NCBI RefSeq assembly: GCF_964204645.1
Contig: NC_134025.1
Location: 22,176,299-22,240,298 of the forward strand
DNA from: Tubulanus polymorphus
Taxonomy: Eukaryota > Animalia > Nemertea
Direction of reading: 5' to 3'
DNA: 64,000 nucleotides
Under the pieces are notes generated by a model. The model was not told the origin of the DNA and did not search any database. It saw only the letters and a list, made by a program, of their open reading frames with translations. This document shows, piece by piece, positions 46,001 through 60,000 of the stretch (positions within the stretch are counted from its first letter, which is position 1; each line of letters starts with the position of its first letter). Made by a program: the position numbers and the translations under genes.

Positions 46001-49000
46001 CGAAATGTATTTGGCGAACTTGTCTTGGCAACTAGGGCGATGCAACCATTGCGATTGGCTAATGGCGAGACCTTTGTTCCAAAAATCATCAGAGCATTGC
46101 CGAATACACCTGTCTTCCCCTCTGGGTGATCAATGCTGATTGTCCTATCTAATGACTCTATTGACAATTATTTAGAATCTGCTTTTGTCAAAATCCCTCT
46201 TACTCAATCTCTCTGATTATGATTTCTGCATTCCTTCATTTGTTTTGAGCCGGGTAGTGGACAAAATGATAGATATTCCAAATAAAAATTCAGGTTCGAA
46301 TAGACTCGGTCAATTGATGGGAAAATCTATAGTTCGATACATCAAAGAGGGAGGAATAATTGATTTGTATATAGGTTCACATTAGTCCCATGTTCGTATT
46401 ACCAAGCTAGACACATTTCCTGATCTAAATACCAACAGTTGATTATTGTACCAGGCATTTAGCCTAAATAGTCCAGCCATACATCTACTGAATATTCTAT
46501 TACATTTGTACTTAAAATTTCAAAACAGTATTTAAAACAGTGAATTGATTAAGTCTTCAAAATCGTCAGAGAATAAAGTCTTAAGAGATTATTTGACCAT
46601 TAATTGCTAAATGACGACTGGGACAATTAAAAAGCAATTTTCATTCGTTGAAAATGAAAATGAAACTAAGATGAAATCAGATAATTTTTGATTGAGGTAT
46701 ATCTTGGGAATGAGCCTTATTCTTTAAGGCAGTGGGATTCTCTATAAAACTGAATGTCTAGGTCACGTTGTAGTCATGCGAATGCATGAATACTAGCTTT
46801 TTGGATGAATATATAAATGGTTGTCCTGTTTCTGAGCTCTAAAACCGGTACTTTTATATCCTTTCATTCAGGGTCTTTTTCCTCCTGGTTTAATGCGGGC
46901 CTCGGTGAACTGTTTGTTAAGATGGGTTGGAATGTCTATAGAAACCCTGACAACAATCGCACCTATGGAAGCATTATGCGACGACTTTGTATGGAACGTT
47001 GTTAAATTCGGTCCTAGAAGCGAAGGAGTCTTGTTTTATTGTTTGTCGTCCGTCAGTAACATCAGCAAAGCCTTTTCAAACCTATCAGTGCATATAGATC
47101 ATACAATGACGAAGGAAGGCGACGTTTGATTAATGGGGACATCGTTTAAAAGCCATTTTTTCAGTATAGTCAAATATTGTGCGGGGAACTTTTAAGAACC
47201 ACGTGCTTTTAGGGGAGACCTAACAGAGAACGTGATAGTGAATGACCTTCAATTGATGAAAGTTTATCTTTTATTTGATTTGTAAAGAAACTGTTTTGAG
47301 TGATGTAGGTCAGTACTCTGCCGATTTTGTACTTTTCTGTCTTTTTGGTTCGTTTAAATAGGCAGGGTTGTGGTCAGGTGGATTTCAATTGAGGTTTTGC
47401 GGCTGCTCGTAAATTAAGGCCACTCATCCTGGTTGAACAAGTGCATGAACACCGGGAGCGGTCAGTTTGGTTAGTGGGAACTTTCGGTGAAATATCTCAT
47501 TTCATTTGAAATTCTTTAAAGAAATTACCGGTTGAACTCTAAGCGCTTCTGGCATTTTGTTAGTGGCACTTTCCTAAGCATCTCGCAAACTTGTCAGAAC
47601 GTCTAAACTGTTTTCGGCCAGTTAGCGTTGTTTGGTCGCAAACCTCTGTGACCCAAACAAAAACTTTCAAGTTGACCCCTGGTGCTGTTTTGTCATTGAT
47701 CAGTCACATTGCTGTCTTTTGTTTCAATCTTGGCAGACGTGTTTGTCCTTAAAGGATTGGCCAAACAATAGGTGGGCATGATAATTGATAGACTAACAGG
47801 GACTTAGTACTTACAAGGTTAAACCTATTCATTACAGTGCGGAATTAGCTAAGCTTCTTAAGTTTCCATTATTTACCCTAAGGTTACTCGCTAACTGTTG
47901 AACTATCAAATACTTGTTTTCCAATGATGAATGACTCGATTACCTCGCAAACACCTTTTACCTTGATATTAATATAACTACTGTGTTAGCTTTTCGATTA
48001 TTTTTGATTTGGAAAATGAGGAAGATGTCTCATGTGTAGTTAGGGACAAAATGTTATAGATTTAAGAATAGACGGCAGCTGATGGGTATAGAGGACTTAA
48101 TAGGTTGTCGAAAAAGCATAGCATGTGGTCTTATTCATTGTGATGACACATTCCCTTACATTGCCATGCATTCATACTAAAATTGGCGAATGGATTTCAT
48201 GGGAATCTGTACCAACTACCTTGTACGTAGTGTCATCCAGGTTTTAATAAAATTTCCTTAGTTTAAAGTTGTTTGTCTTGGTGCCGCGATAGTCGAGGTT
48301 CCAGATGTCAGTGGAATGTTCTTTGTGTTGAGGTTGTTTTATTAGGGATGGCTGTTGCTGGATTCTGTACCACTTCAAGTGGATGATAGAGGGTAATTTG
48401 CAGTAACTTAAAGGCCGAGGAGCAGTATAAAAGCCCAATCAATGTCAAAGATGGCAGTACCCATGAAGCAATAGTGCAGTGGAGAGCTCCAACGGTTGAA
48501 ACTGGAAATCTCCTATTTTCTCTGTCAGTTATCCGATTTGGACCCTCCTTTTTGTCAGACATATGTATTAATGTGTAATATATTCATTTCTGCAGTCAAA
48601 AATGTGTTTTAGGCCCTCCTCCACGAGAAATTAAGCTTTTTAGTTGGTATTTCCTTCAAAATTTGAATCTTTGAATGACATAGAGGGAGGAGTTATCCAG
48701 TGAATTAGTGTAGCTCGGAGAGCACATTAACAGTAATTTGATACCTATAGTCATCAGTATACATAAACAAAACATAGCCTCATTCATAGTACCAAAATTT
48801 GGCAACATCAAAACTTTTTCTATGGTCAATGGATCAGTCTGAAATTTCGTACACTTGTTTAGCTATCAACCATCAATGTTGTGTCCAAATTTCATGGAAA
48901 TCGGATAAAAATTAATGATTTTCAAAAAATTTGAAATGTCTCTAAAATCTTAAATCTTGGCCCTATCTCTACAAAAAAAGATCGCTTGCATCAGATTTTC

Positions 49001-51400
49001 ATTCCCACTATGACTAGATTACTTAAAATTAGTTTAGAACTTGATATGAAAACTTTTATGAATTTGTCAAATTTAACTGTGTGTGACCTGCTTTTCTGTT
49101 ATGAGCCAACCTCGCTCACTCTAAACATTATAAACAAGCTACTGTAGTTAGTGGGACGGCCGATCTCAAGTGTTTGCCACCCGGTTAACTAGCATCCATA
49201 CTCCTCGGCCTTTAATCCTAAACAACTTGCGCCGAACCAGACTTGACACATGCACAGTACCAGTCATCAGTAGCAACAACTTCCAGAAACCAATACCTAG
49301 GGATAAAGTAGGATAAACCCATCTGATGATGTCTTTATCTTTGTTTAGATAGAAACGTTCCGCCAACCTGCACTAAACTCTATGCCACCACCGTGGTAGT
49401 GGTAACCAGCGCTCCAACACAGTGACTGCTAACTCAACTCATCAGATATATAGAAGTCCTACTGGTTGAATTTGTAGAAATTCGAATTGATCATTCTTAT
49501 TCAAGAGTGTTTTATCCATCGGAGTGAAATCTCTTATTAGATGTAATTTGTGATTTTTGCAATTTTTTAGATTATCAGTTAAGATAGCAATATTTTTTGG
49601 TCACTTCACTTGGACTTCTTGTAGTGCGTCAACGTTTCAAATCCCAATCCTAGGCCCTATTTTTCATTGTCGACCCTTAACGACTGCATTGTCTCATGGA
49701 AAGCTGTCCCAATCATTTATCTAGAACAGCTGATTTCTGAAAGGGGCACTTCATCGGTCTGACCCTGATATCTTCGGAATTTATCAAACAAATAAAATGA
49801 TGTTTAGAACCTATGTGTATTTGCTGATAAATCTTATCTTCACCTTCTCTGTGGTGAATGTACACAACATTTTTAATGAAACACAATATACAGTCTGAAA
49901 TATGTATTTCGGGCCAGATAGCATGCACGTGGAGTATGAAAGCAAAATTTCAATGAAAAAAAAATCAATCCGATTTTTACGCGGTCTGGGGGTATTATGG
50001 CAAAATGCCGATGGACCAAAGTTCCCAAATGAGCTATCTTCAAAATACTCAGAATACTACCATTTGTCTGCCCGAGTAACTGGGAGATGTAGAAAAGTTC
50101 AACGAAACGTCGAGAGTATTAAATTAAAACATTTGTTCTTTTGATGTTTTGCAGATTCAAATTTCATATTGTCACCACCGTCGATGATAGCCGGTGCCAG
50201 CATAGCGGCAAGCATCAGTGGACTGATCGGACCGCAGTGGGTCAAAATATTGAATATCCTCGATCATCTACAACGCGTTACAGGAATAGAATCGGTGAGT
50301 TTATTAAAACACTACACGTGGCGAAGAAGGAATTTTTGTTCCTTTTCCAAAATCAACATAAAACAGTAAAAAATGTCACCTTTACAATACGAAGTTACCG
50401 CTGCCTGCAGCTTTAGTTCAGCGGTTGCTTACAATCTTAGTGGGTTGTTTATTTGATAGCCTGGTTATATTATTTAGATGGGTGGCATTTCTCTGATGAT
50501 TTTACCTTCGGTCGCCTGCCTGCCTCTCTTGCTTATTCAAAGCAGAAAAACTTTTTGAGTGGTTGACCTAGAAAATTACATTCATAAAAGGTGCCTTTGT
50601 AGTATAAAGTATCATGGTACATCGGGTGCAGTCGACTCCTAAGCCAGTAGCCTAGTGTTCACATCTGTAACATTGTCAAAGTTTTGCAGCAGCGCGAGAA
50701 AGGAGAATCTACTGGCCTGTAAATAGAGTTATGTACTCAGGACATGCTATCCATGCTAGCACAGATATATGTGAAACAATTAACATAATTCTTTGATTTA
50801 CTGAATTAATGAACGATCAAACCATTAACCCTAAGTGACTGCACACCAAATTGTAGGCGGTATCCATTGAGATCCTGTAACTGATGATAATGATAGCTTT
50901 CGACTTTCCTAGCCACCGCGTAAATAAATAACCGATGGTCAGTCACTGGGGGCCACTTTCCACCGGGTTGTGGTAAACACATGTAATGCTAGCTAAACAA
51001 ACTGGTCTTATCGACAGATCAACAGATAGATGGATTGTTACTAGTTAAAGATACTATTTTTACTGCAAATGTAGAATTTGTGAGAAAAAGTGTAATGTTT
51101 AAGTGCAATAGTTTTACACAAACTGGGTACATTTACATTGCATGGTAAGGCATTGATAATGAAGATAACTTCGTGGCTGACATTTATTGTTCATTAACTT
51201 CTTTGATAGTGATTTCATGCGAAACTAATCAGTTGCTGTTTCATTTTTGCGTTTTGCAGGATTGTCTAGCGTCGTGTCAAGAACTAATCGAACAAACGCT
51301 ATCAAGCAATGTGCCCCATCTAAATCCGCCGCCGCAAACGAAGATCGAACATCACGAGCACCCCCTCACCCCGACGGACATTCAGGACGTGCACTTCTAA
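43028..51400 (+). CDS. CCND: G1/S-specific D-type cyclin. Exons: 43028-43231, 43703-43918, 45497-45659, 50155-50294, 51260-51400
   Basis: [91 protein letters not shown]; [22 protein letters not shown]; [11 protein letters not shown]; PPSMIAG; C-terminal [10 protein letters not shown] phosphodegron. Five coding exons, as in vertebrate CCND genes. Confidence 0.97.
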
Positions 51401-54400
51401 ACCGGGCCGTCTGTCCCGCGAAAGTTATATCCGGATCGGCGTTAGCCGGCGAATTATCCAGGCAGGATTCGGAAGCGAATAATATGAACTATCAATGGCT
51501 TTTTTCGGCGGTGCTATTTTTCTCCTCCAAGTTGAGAGACTATTCGCAAGATCAGTGCCTTACGCTATATAAGAGACGGCCTGTAAAGAAAGTGTGATAT
51601 CGTGACCTTAATTCATTGGTGCTGTGTATGTATAGAAAAAAAAATAATGATGTGGTCACTATTGAATCAATGCATGATGAGAAAATGAATCCAATAAGAA
51701 AAAGAATTAACTCGGGGAATAATAATCTAGTACTGTGTATTATTAGTCTATGTACTTCCAACATTAGATACCTTTTCCTTATTATTTATTTCCGATTGTT
51801 TGATGGATTGATTGATTGGTTGATAGACCCATGTGTAATTTAAAGAATGCGTATTTAAGTCTATTTAAAAAAGAAGAATGAACATCGAAGCTACAATGCC
51901 AAAAATGCTTGGCTCACCTCATTCGAATTTCTGTGATATATGTACGATACTTAAGATGTTGCCTAAGTATTTGTGTTTTTGAGACGTGACGAAAATCTGA
52001 GAATTTTCATGTGATGTATTGCATTTTCAAAACAGCATTTTCCAGTTGATATGTGTTGCATTTAAATTCTGTTCAGTGTGTAAATCAATGCATTTATTTT
52101 AAGTTGTATTCCTTACTGAATGAAACTGCCAGTCGATGATGGTCAGTTGGATGATGCATTTGAAATATGTATTTTATGTATATAATTTTTTATACTCACG
52201 ACGGAACGAAAAATGTGTTTGATTCAGTAGTTGTATGAGCGAGCCTCGGGAACAAGACGATTTGTCTATTGATTTTATTAGCGGGTGATTGTGATTTTTT
52301 CGTGAACAAATAATCGAACAAATGAACAAATAATGTTCGCTAACGATAGTTTTTGAGAACGGTAGATGGTGCTAGCAAAAAATGAAATTAATAGGGGGAG
52401 AGACCACTCCTCGCTGATCCTCCGAAAGTAAAATGTGAGTGCGGAGCTGATGTTATTTTCTTTGTAAATTTTTGTGCAGTAAACCTTTTTTTTTCGTGTT
52501 TGCGCGTAGGTCATGTGTAAATTAAGAATATTATATAATAATTAGCTATATAGCTGGCCAAACATTCAGGATTCTTTCAGGAGAAAATAAATATTATCAT
52601 TATCATATTCGATAAGCTGGGTTGAATTTCGATTTATGCATTTATATATGCATTAGCCGCTTTGGTCAGTGTTTAGTTTTAGATTTCGACATTTTGGACC
52701 CATCTTCAAGAGACGGTCTATAAAGGCGCGAAGACGGTCGAATCACGGCGGGGTTTGAAATGTCAGAATAATTGTTGTGATAATTTTTTTAACCGGGTTC
52801 TTATTTAATTAACGATATTTTCTTTTAATTTATCTTAATCATATCTGCCTCCGAGACCCTTTTAACCCATTATCTTCGTAATGTATCAGAATGACGCTGC
52901 TATATTTTATGCGAAACGTGCTGTGAAATGTGGAAAACCATTTCTTTTTATATTTCTCTTAAAAATTCCTTTTAATCTTTTTTTCGTATTTCTTCACCTC
53001 TGAAATATCATTCGTGGTAACCCAATTTCGAAATCTAACAAAAAAATTAATTCAAAAAAAAAATGTTCAAATCCTTTATTACTAAAAGGTCTTCACTTTG
53101 TATGTAAAATGGTTGAAAAATTGATTCGGAACTGATTCCAAAAAAAAAAAAATTTGTATAAATTCTTCTGCGGTTATTATTGAAAACGTTTCACTTTTCT
53201 TAGTTTGTGTAAATAGCACTACTACGGTATATCGTTTTGTACATTATGCGGGTTTTAGTAGGAATTGTGGTTTCCTGTGCTTCATTTGAAAATATATATA
53301 TATATATATATATATAAAAAACTTTATAATTTAAAAATAAATTATTTCAAAAAAAATGGGAGATAAAAAGGGTTAAGGGAATAGCTCTATTACGGTATAT
53401 CATTATGTATGTAGCAGACCAATACGACGGCGCAGTCCTCCAAATTTTTATTACAATATATTTGCCTAGGCTTCCATGTATGTTAATGGGTACTACTGGT
53501 GGTTCGAAATTCTGATGAAAAAAATATTCGTTAAAAACAACACAAAAAAATTACGATGAAATTTAAGAAACCGCGATAAAATCAATTTAAACCAAAGCTT
53601 GAAGTTGATAATGGTTATGTAAAAAAATGGAATGGTATTTGGATATTGTATATATTTTATTTGACGCGTTTGTTAATGGATGTGTTTTGAGATATAGTTT
53701 TTGTTATGAGTTGTAATTGATTACGAAAAAAGTTTTTTATGACAGTGATGTACTTATGAGGCATTTGAAAACGCGAGGGCTGAAATTCACTTCGGGCGTG
53801 TGTGTGAGTGTGAATCATTGTGAATATTTTCTCGAAAAACCTCGAAAAAAGTTTTACTTCTACCGGGATATGAAATGATGTATCTGTGTATATTTCGTAT
53901 TTTAGTGACCAGATTTTGAAACTGGCGCGAATATACAGGAGAAATAAAACGAAATTCAAATCTGTCCCAATTCTAAACACGTGTCTGAAAGTTGATAACT
54001 ACCTCGACTGGTGAACTGAAAAAAAAACCATTCCATGTTTTGTCGTCGATATGACTGTGGATGAGGCTGTGTACGCTACTACTAGATATGGGTTGAGTTT
54101 ATAAATCTTAGAGAGCGCGAAGACGTATATATTACTCGGCGATGTCTTTCAAAGCTCACAAGGGAAACATGTGACCATTTTCCCAATGTCCCCATGTGAA
54201 AGGCTTATAATCTTTGTCACAATTCTTGACCTTTAATTCATCCTGTAGTTGTGATTAAATTTACACTGGCTTGTACCTTTATCAATCCAAATAGTATACT
54301 TTTATGTGAAATCTGTTCAAAGTTCAAGTGTTTGTGATGATGATGATGGCTGGGATTGTGTTCTTGATAGTGACGAAAAATTTTCGGTTTTGTTTAGTAC

Positions 54401-54480
54401 GGAGATTTTCTTGTTCGCCATTTGGCATATCGTGTTACGTCTGTACGCATTTATATATGAAGAGATGAAATAAAATTTGG
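51401..54480 (+). other. Probable long AU-rich 3' UTR of cyclin D
   Basis: Non-coding, U/A-run-rich sequence with no recognisable transposon after the stop codon; AATAAA at ~54468 (other signals occur earlier). Confidence 0.45.
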
Positions 54481-54570
54481 AAAAAAATCACTTAAAAAAT
54501 GTGTCATCTATTGAAGGATTGGATTGTCTTGATCTCAAAATAGGGTTTGTCCCCGTTATGGTAGATTTCG

Positions 54571-54660
54571 TAGATTTGGTTCGGTGTTCCTTACAAACCC
54601 ACCACACCTGCCAGGAGCGAAACGGCGGATTTGATTTTGAAATCAGAAATCGAAGTACGG
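54571..54660 (-). repeat. Dispersed repeat, probably a retroposon 3' end with (AAATC)n-like tail; other copies at ~12905-12962 (+), ~29611-29700 (+) and ~59531-59596 (-)
   Basis: Shared core gtgttccttacaaacccaccacacctgccag.ag.gaaac at 54.6 and 59.5 kb; the reverse complement is found at 12.9 and 29.6 kb. Confidence 0.75.
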
Positions 54661-55295
54661 ATATATATTAGTGTGATCAGCGGTGGAATTTACAGAATCT
54701 TATGTTTAAGTGGAAGCATATAATTGGGAAATTCGGTTCCGGTTCATTCAAACAGTCTTCCAACCAGCCTGAACCGGCAACTGATTGAGATTGGAATATC
54801 TCATTGGAGCGCAGTTGCTTATGTCTGAAGTCATTCGGTTGCTGTCTTAATTAAACATTGTTTTGAATAATAATAGCTGATGCGTGTTTAGTTGAAGAGC
54901 TTTCACGTTTTTGGTATACCAAGATCTTCAAAATTGTTCAGATCATTATAAAATGACGCATATTTTAATCTTTGAGACAAGACGAGTGGGATTGCTGCGT
55001 CCTGGACATTGTATATATATATATATCGACAATCTTCAAAAGTGGTGAATGGCCTATGAGATCCTTTGAAAATTAAGTGAGGCCATGAAGCTATGAGCTC
55101 AATTTCGGATTGTGTGTAGGAGGAAAATCTACGTAAAAATTGACCCAGACTCCGGAAAGCCCCAGTCGTTGAACCGGGACAAGCGATAATAAGTAAGGAA
55201 TTTAACATTTCGAATGGTTTATTCTAGCTGTATGCACGGATTTGGACTTTTCCCTGTTCGCAGTAGCGAGTTATTGATCCTTCGGTGAATGTCAG

Positions 55296-55492
55296 AGCCC
55301 AATGCAGAGGACGCAGGGAAACGGGAGGGAAACGCATAAACATGGAATCTTACATGTTTGATCTCGCAAACATTGTTTTCCGAAGAAACCAGGGTTTCGT
55401 TTCTCGTAATCGCACACGATATAGAGAAACGCTCGGGGAAACATGTTTTTGTCTCCTGTTTTCGAGTTTCCCTACGTCGTGTGCGATGGGCT
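55296..55492. mobile_element. MITE with imperfect TIRs (Harbinger-like)
   Basis: AGCCCAATGCAGAGGACGCAGGGAAAC ... GTTTCCCTACGTCGTGTGCGATGGGCT, flanked by CAG/TAG. Confidence 0.6.
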
Positions 55493-56604
55493 TAGGATCT
55501 CGCACTAAAACTTGACTCTGGGTGGCACGGGCCGTTTTGGCGCGAATCTAACAACACTTTATAGATACTCAATAATAGATAATCATCGTTAGAAAATTAC
55601 GGTCCGTCGAGCATCACCTGGCTAGATGCTTGTATTACATTTTTACATCTATTCAGAAATCCCAAGTAAAAAAGGGGCAACTTTTTAGTTCTCCTGGACC
55701 AGTGCCTGTCAACAGTTACTACGTCATTAGCGCTTTTTGCCTCGGGGTATCATAAACAATCAAAACCAACTTAACTAAAATATTCCTCCCACTCCAGCAG
55801 ATAATCTTCAGGTGAGAGGCGCTCAGAATGACGGAGTGTCCGCTTTCTAGCTTGTGTAATACAGATGCTCTCCCCGGATACCGTAAAAAAACCCAGCTGT
55901 AACAACTCGCCGTATCTGATGCATAAATCCTGCGAAGATATCAGCTTGACGGGGTGTTTCAATTCTGCTTGACTGGAAAAAACGTTTACACTACCGGTAC
56001 TAATTCTTTCCTGCTGCAGTTGAAATTGAACGATTTCAAGTCAACGGCCGTCTGATAGAGTTCGCAACCGTCAACCCAGCAGATACCCTCCTAATGATCC
56101 CTATCAGTCTTATCTTCTGCGTCGAAGTTCGTAATTGAACGAATTAACGCTATACTATAGCTTAAAATAGTCGCAGAGAACCTCGGCCTTCCCACCAGAT
56201 GGCATCTGGTCTCAGTGTTTCCCCAGTTCTCATCGCACCTATTCCATCGTTTGAAAACAGCAAATCAACAACAATGTTCTAACTTCGTGTTTTGATAGAT
56301 TTTATTTCGTCTAGATTGACAATCCTTGTGAACTGAAAGAACCGTCAGAATAATATCCATCATTAAATCATGGACTCGAGTCCATGATTAAATCAATAAC
56401 AAATATACGCGTATAATTTAAAACAAAAATGTAACAAATGCCTTTTTTATGGGCTCGTCATAACGCCAGATGGGACTACGATGTAGTGAGCCTAAACCAG
56501 GTAACGCTAGGTATTGAAATTATACTCACGGATTGAATTCTTTAGATACTTAAACTCTTCAGTAGAGATCAGATTTACGATGTTAATGCTCAGGTTTGTG
56601 CGAG

Positions 56605-56901
56605 CAGGCCCGTGCCGAGCTTTTTAGAGGAGCAGTTCTATTTCAAGAAAAGGGGCACTTTTATAATTCCTTGTGAAAAAGGACAGATATTGAATATGTT
56701 TTTTTTCGATGGCCTAAACTTAAACAACGTCTCATTTATAATTTGTTTGAAATTAAATAACATATTTATGATAATTACTTTTCATTTTCCAAAAAAAAAT
56801 CATGAAAAATTGTATCCAAATTTCGAAAAATGTTGACCCAAATATTTTGACTCTCGAGTTTTTGGAAGGCACTTTTTGAATACCCCCTCGACACGGGCCT
56901 G
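56605..56901. mobile_element. hAT-like MITE
   Basis: TIRs CAGGCCCGTGCCGAG / CTCGACACGGGCCTG. Confidence 0.7.
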
Positions 56902-57062
56902 TGAGACAATAGTAGAGATCATGTATTAATCATGGGTGACCATTGGACTAAAAAGTGAATTTGTTCTCTCGAACTGGTTCGAGACTGGTCCGCGGTTCAT
57001 TTCATCGACATCGATACCGGTTTCGATTCGTTTCATCCGATTCATATCCTGCGAAGCACCTA

Positions 57063-60000
57063 TTATTCTACGACGGGCTGAGCCTCTTGTTTGATTCTAC
57101 CTTGAAGCGAATCGCCGCTTTCAGTCTTGATTCGTTCCGACTGTTCAGATTCGACTCGCGAATCGGTGTTTACGTCTGCAACTGCTGCGATAGTTTCGAC
57201 GATTGTCGCGTTGTCCGTGGCGGAATCGATCAATTCCGTCTGCAACTGATCGGTGTTCGTTTCGTGTAGTTCTTGTGACACGATTTGATTAGCCGCCAAC
57301 TGGTATTCAACCCCTTCGAGCAGGTTTCCGCCCTCACTCGCCGCCAACCGCGCCAACTGTTAAAATATGCAAAAAGAAAATACGAATAATGAGAAGAAAG
57401 AATAGGTACAGGATAACATACTCAGACATGGTCTACTTGGACTTTTGACTAGCACGTACAAAAACGAAATCATTTTTCTGACCCTTTTTCCTCAACTGGG
57501 ACTTAACCAATTTAACCAAACCAAGTTTGTCGATGTAAGGAAAAGTTAACTGTATTTAATTCTTTTTTAAATTTTTACGATATCAGAAGCCGGTTCCACA
57601 GACTCTAGACCCAGTTCGACACTTCGAAATCAGTGGTATTTTTCAAAAGACTTTCTAAAATAAATTGAGGAAAGATGCAGCTATTCATCTATGTTATGCT
57701 ATATATTTCACACACACACCTCTGTAGCATCAATAACGCGTCCGTCGTCCAAAGCAATACACGTCTCATCTGTCATCACGACGTTGTCACCTGTAAAATA
57801 ATAAACATGGACGTGAGATTCAGAAATGAAAGTTGCCAATTGCTCAAAGAATGTGTTTAGATATAATAGTAACGACTGAAATCATATCGTCATCAGGGTA
57901 TTTAACGTAAGGATCCCAGGCATCAGTTCCATAATTCTATCATAGATTTAACTCGCACGACATTGAAAACAATTTAGTTTTCAGTTATTATCTCTAAAGA
58001 GTGAAATCTAACACTTAACCGTGGAACTGGATGCAGCTCCAAAATTGGGAATTCAAATTTCACACTGCACTTAACCCTATCAGTGCATCTACACCGCAGT
58101 GCGGTGTATAAATCAGTGATAGATTTTGCTAGTTGATGTAATTAGTAATTATCTCTTGAAAAATGGCAGCACCTGTCAAGCATAGTGAAATAGTAATCAC
58201 TAATGATACACCGCATCGCGGTGTAGATGCACTATAGTGGTATTCCCGTTATTCAGCACACTAGGGAAGAATTTTTCAAAATTTTCAAATTATCTCCAGC
58301 ACTATAGGGTATTAATTAGTCAGCACTGAAAGGGTTGTTAAAATCACAAAATTGGAAATTGACTGGTTATATATTCAAATCTAACAGTACACTCAACAGG
58401 TTACCTAACATTAAACAACTTTTGACTTAACAGGGCTATGATTTGTTTTAATGCCTAACACACCTACCTTGCATAATGATTTGCTGACTAGCGACATTTT
58501 GGAAAGCTGTGTCACTACTGGAAAAATCAACTAAATTCATATCACAGCCATGTTCCTGCAAAGAATCGAATAATTGGTATGGCATATGGAACATAATGTA
58601 TTGAGTGCTACAATGATTTGAGTGCTACGGTCAAACACAATAGTTGTCGTATTACTTCATCTCTATTTTTGAGTCCCAGCATTTCCAATTCAATTTATTA
58701 AGTCCCAACAATTTACCCAGTTTACTGAACGATCCCAACTATGAAGACTAGTCAAGTGAGCGAATTGGTGCGCACATCAAATCTGCCATACCAGAAGTCA
58801 TATACAACCACCTATGTACGCCTAATTGAACCAGCACGTGTTCGTGATTCATTTTCATGCTGAGAGTAACTCTACACATTTCTAAAATCATTCTTATACC
58901 ATAGGGATCGATTTAGGGAAAAGCCTATATCAATGAAACATACGTGTTCGACACTTTGGATGTACTAGAAATTTCTGCTAATGGCCGCTGTCTCCACAAA
59001 CAGCCGACATATGACGTTTATCGCATTGCAAGTGCTTTGATATTGCTAGCAAAATGCGGTAAATTTCCGTCACCTTCGTATATGTGTCTGGCAGCTAACG
59101 TGTTAAATGATTTTCCTGAATCATTTCTAAGATCGTTTGTTCGCCGCTTACCTTCATGCCCTCCTCCGACTTGAATATATTTCCGCACCTATCACAGACT
59201 AAGTCCAATACGCGACTTTCGGAATGTATTCGTTCGATGTGTTTCCTAATATCGGTGAATGTATAGCCGTAGAATTCGCAGAGACCGCATTTGAAATCTC
59301 GTTGGCCTTTATGTCTGCAAATATTCATACGTCATGCATTTTACAAGAAGTAAAAGTTTACTTTACATAGTGAAACCTAGTTTACTTCCGGATTGTAACA
59401 AATTTCTTTGTTATAAATAATAGTTTGTTTATCCACATTTTGTTTATAGACGGTGATGCAGTGTTCTCCACAACAGATTTTTTAATCTCAAAATAGGGAT
59501 GGACACTGTTATTTATTTGATTGGTCGATTTCGTTTGATTTGCTTTGATTTAGTGTTCCTTACAAACCCACCACACCTGCCAGCAGTGAAACAGGCCGGC
59601 AGTGAAACAGGGGGTTTAGAGTGGCGGCCAACCCCTTTCATCTTTACATCCCCCCTCTGAAAATCCACCAACCCTTACGAAATATCAGCTACCCCTACCA
59701 GAAATAGAAGATTACACCAAAATGAAGCTAAAGTTTCTGTATTTTTGGGGGGATTGAAAGCCTTGCTACTTCAGCAGTCACGATGTCATACACTTAACAA
59801 TAAGTGCAGCCCCTTTAAAAATGGATACGGACAACACTATGATGAGTTGATACGATTTGACATATCAAGGCCTACTGCTTAGCAGTGATATGTCAACTTC
59901 TATCATTTACCTTTTGACATGTAGTTCTTTGTTCTTTATATGCCTGAACGGTTTTCCGCATACTTCACAAACGTGCTGGGGTGCTTCGTGGACTAGCATA

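Noticed and set aside
49315-49365. CTGATGA...GAAACGTT hammerhead-like core in cyclin D intron 3
   Set aside because: There is no stem I pairing and stem II is offset from the core; at best a decayed relic.
26000-51200. Scattered TCF (CTTTGAT/ATCAAAG) and Su(H) (GTGGGAA) motifs around cyclin D
   Set aside because: Counts are about what is expected by chance in AT-rich sequence of this length.
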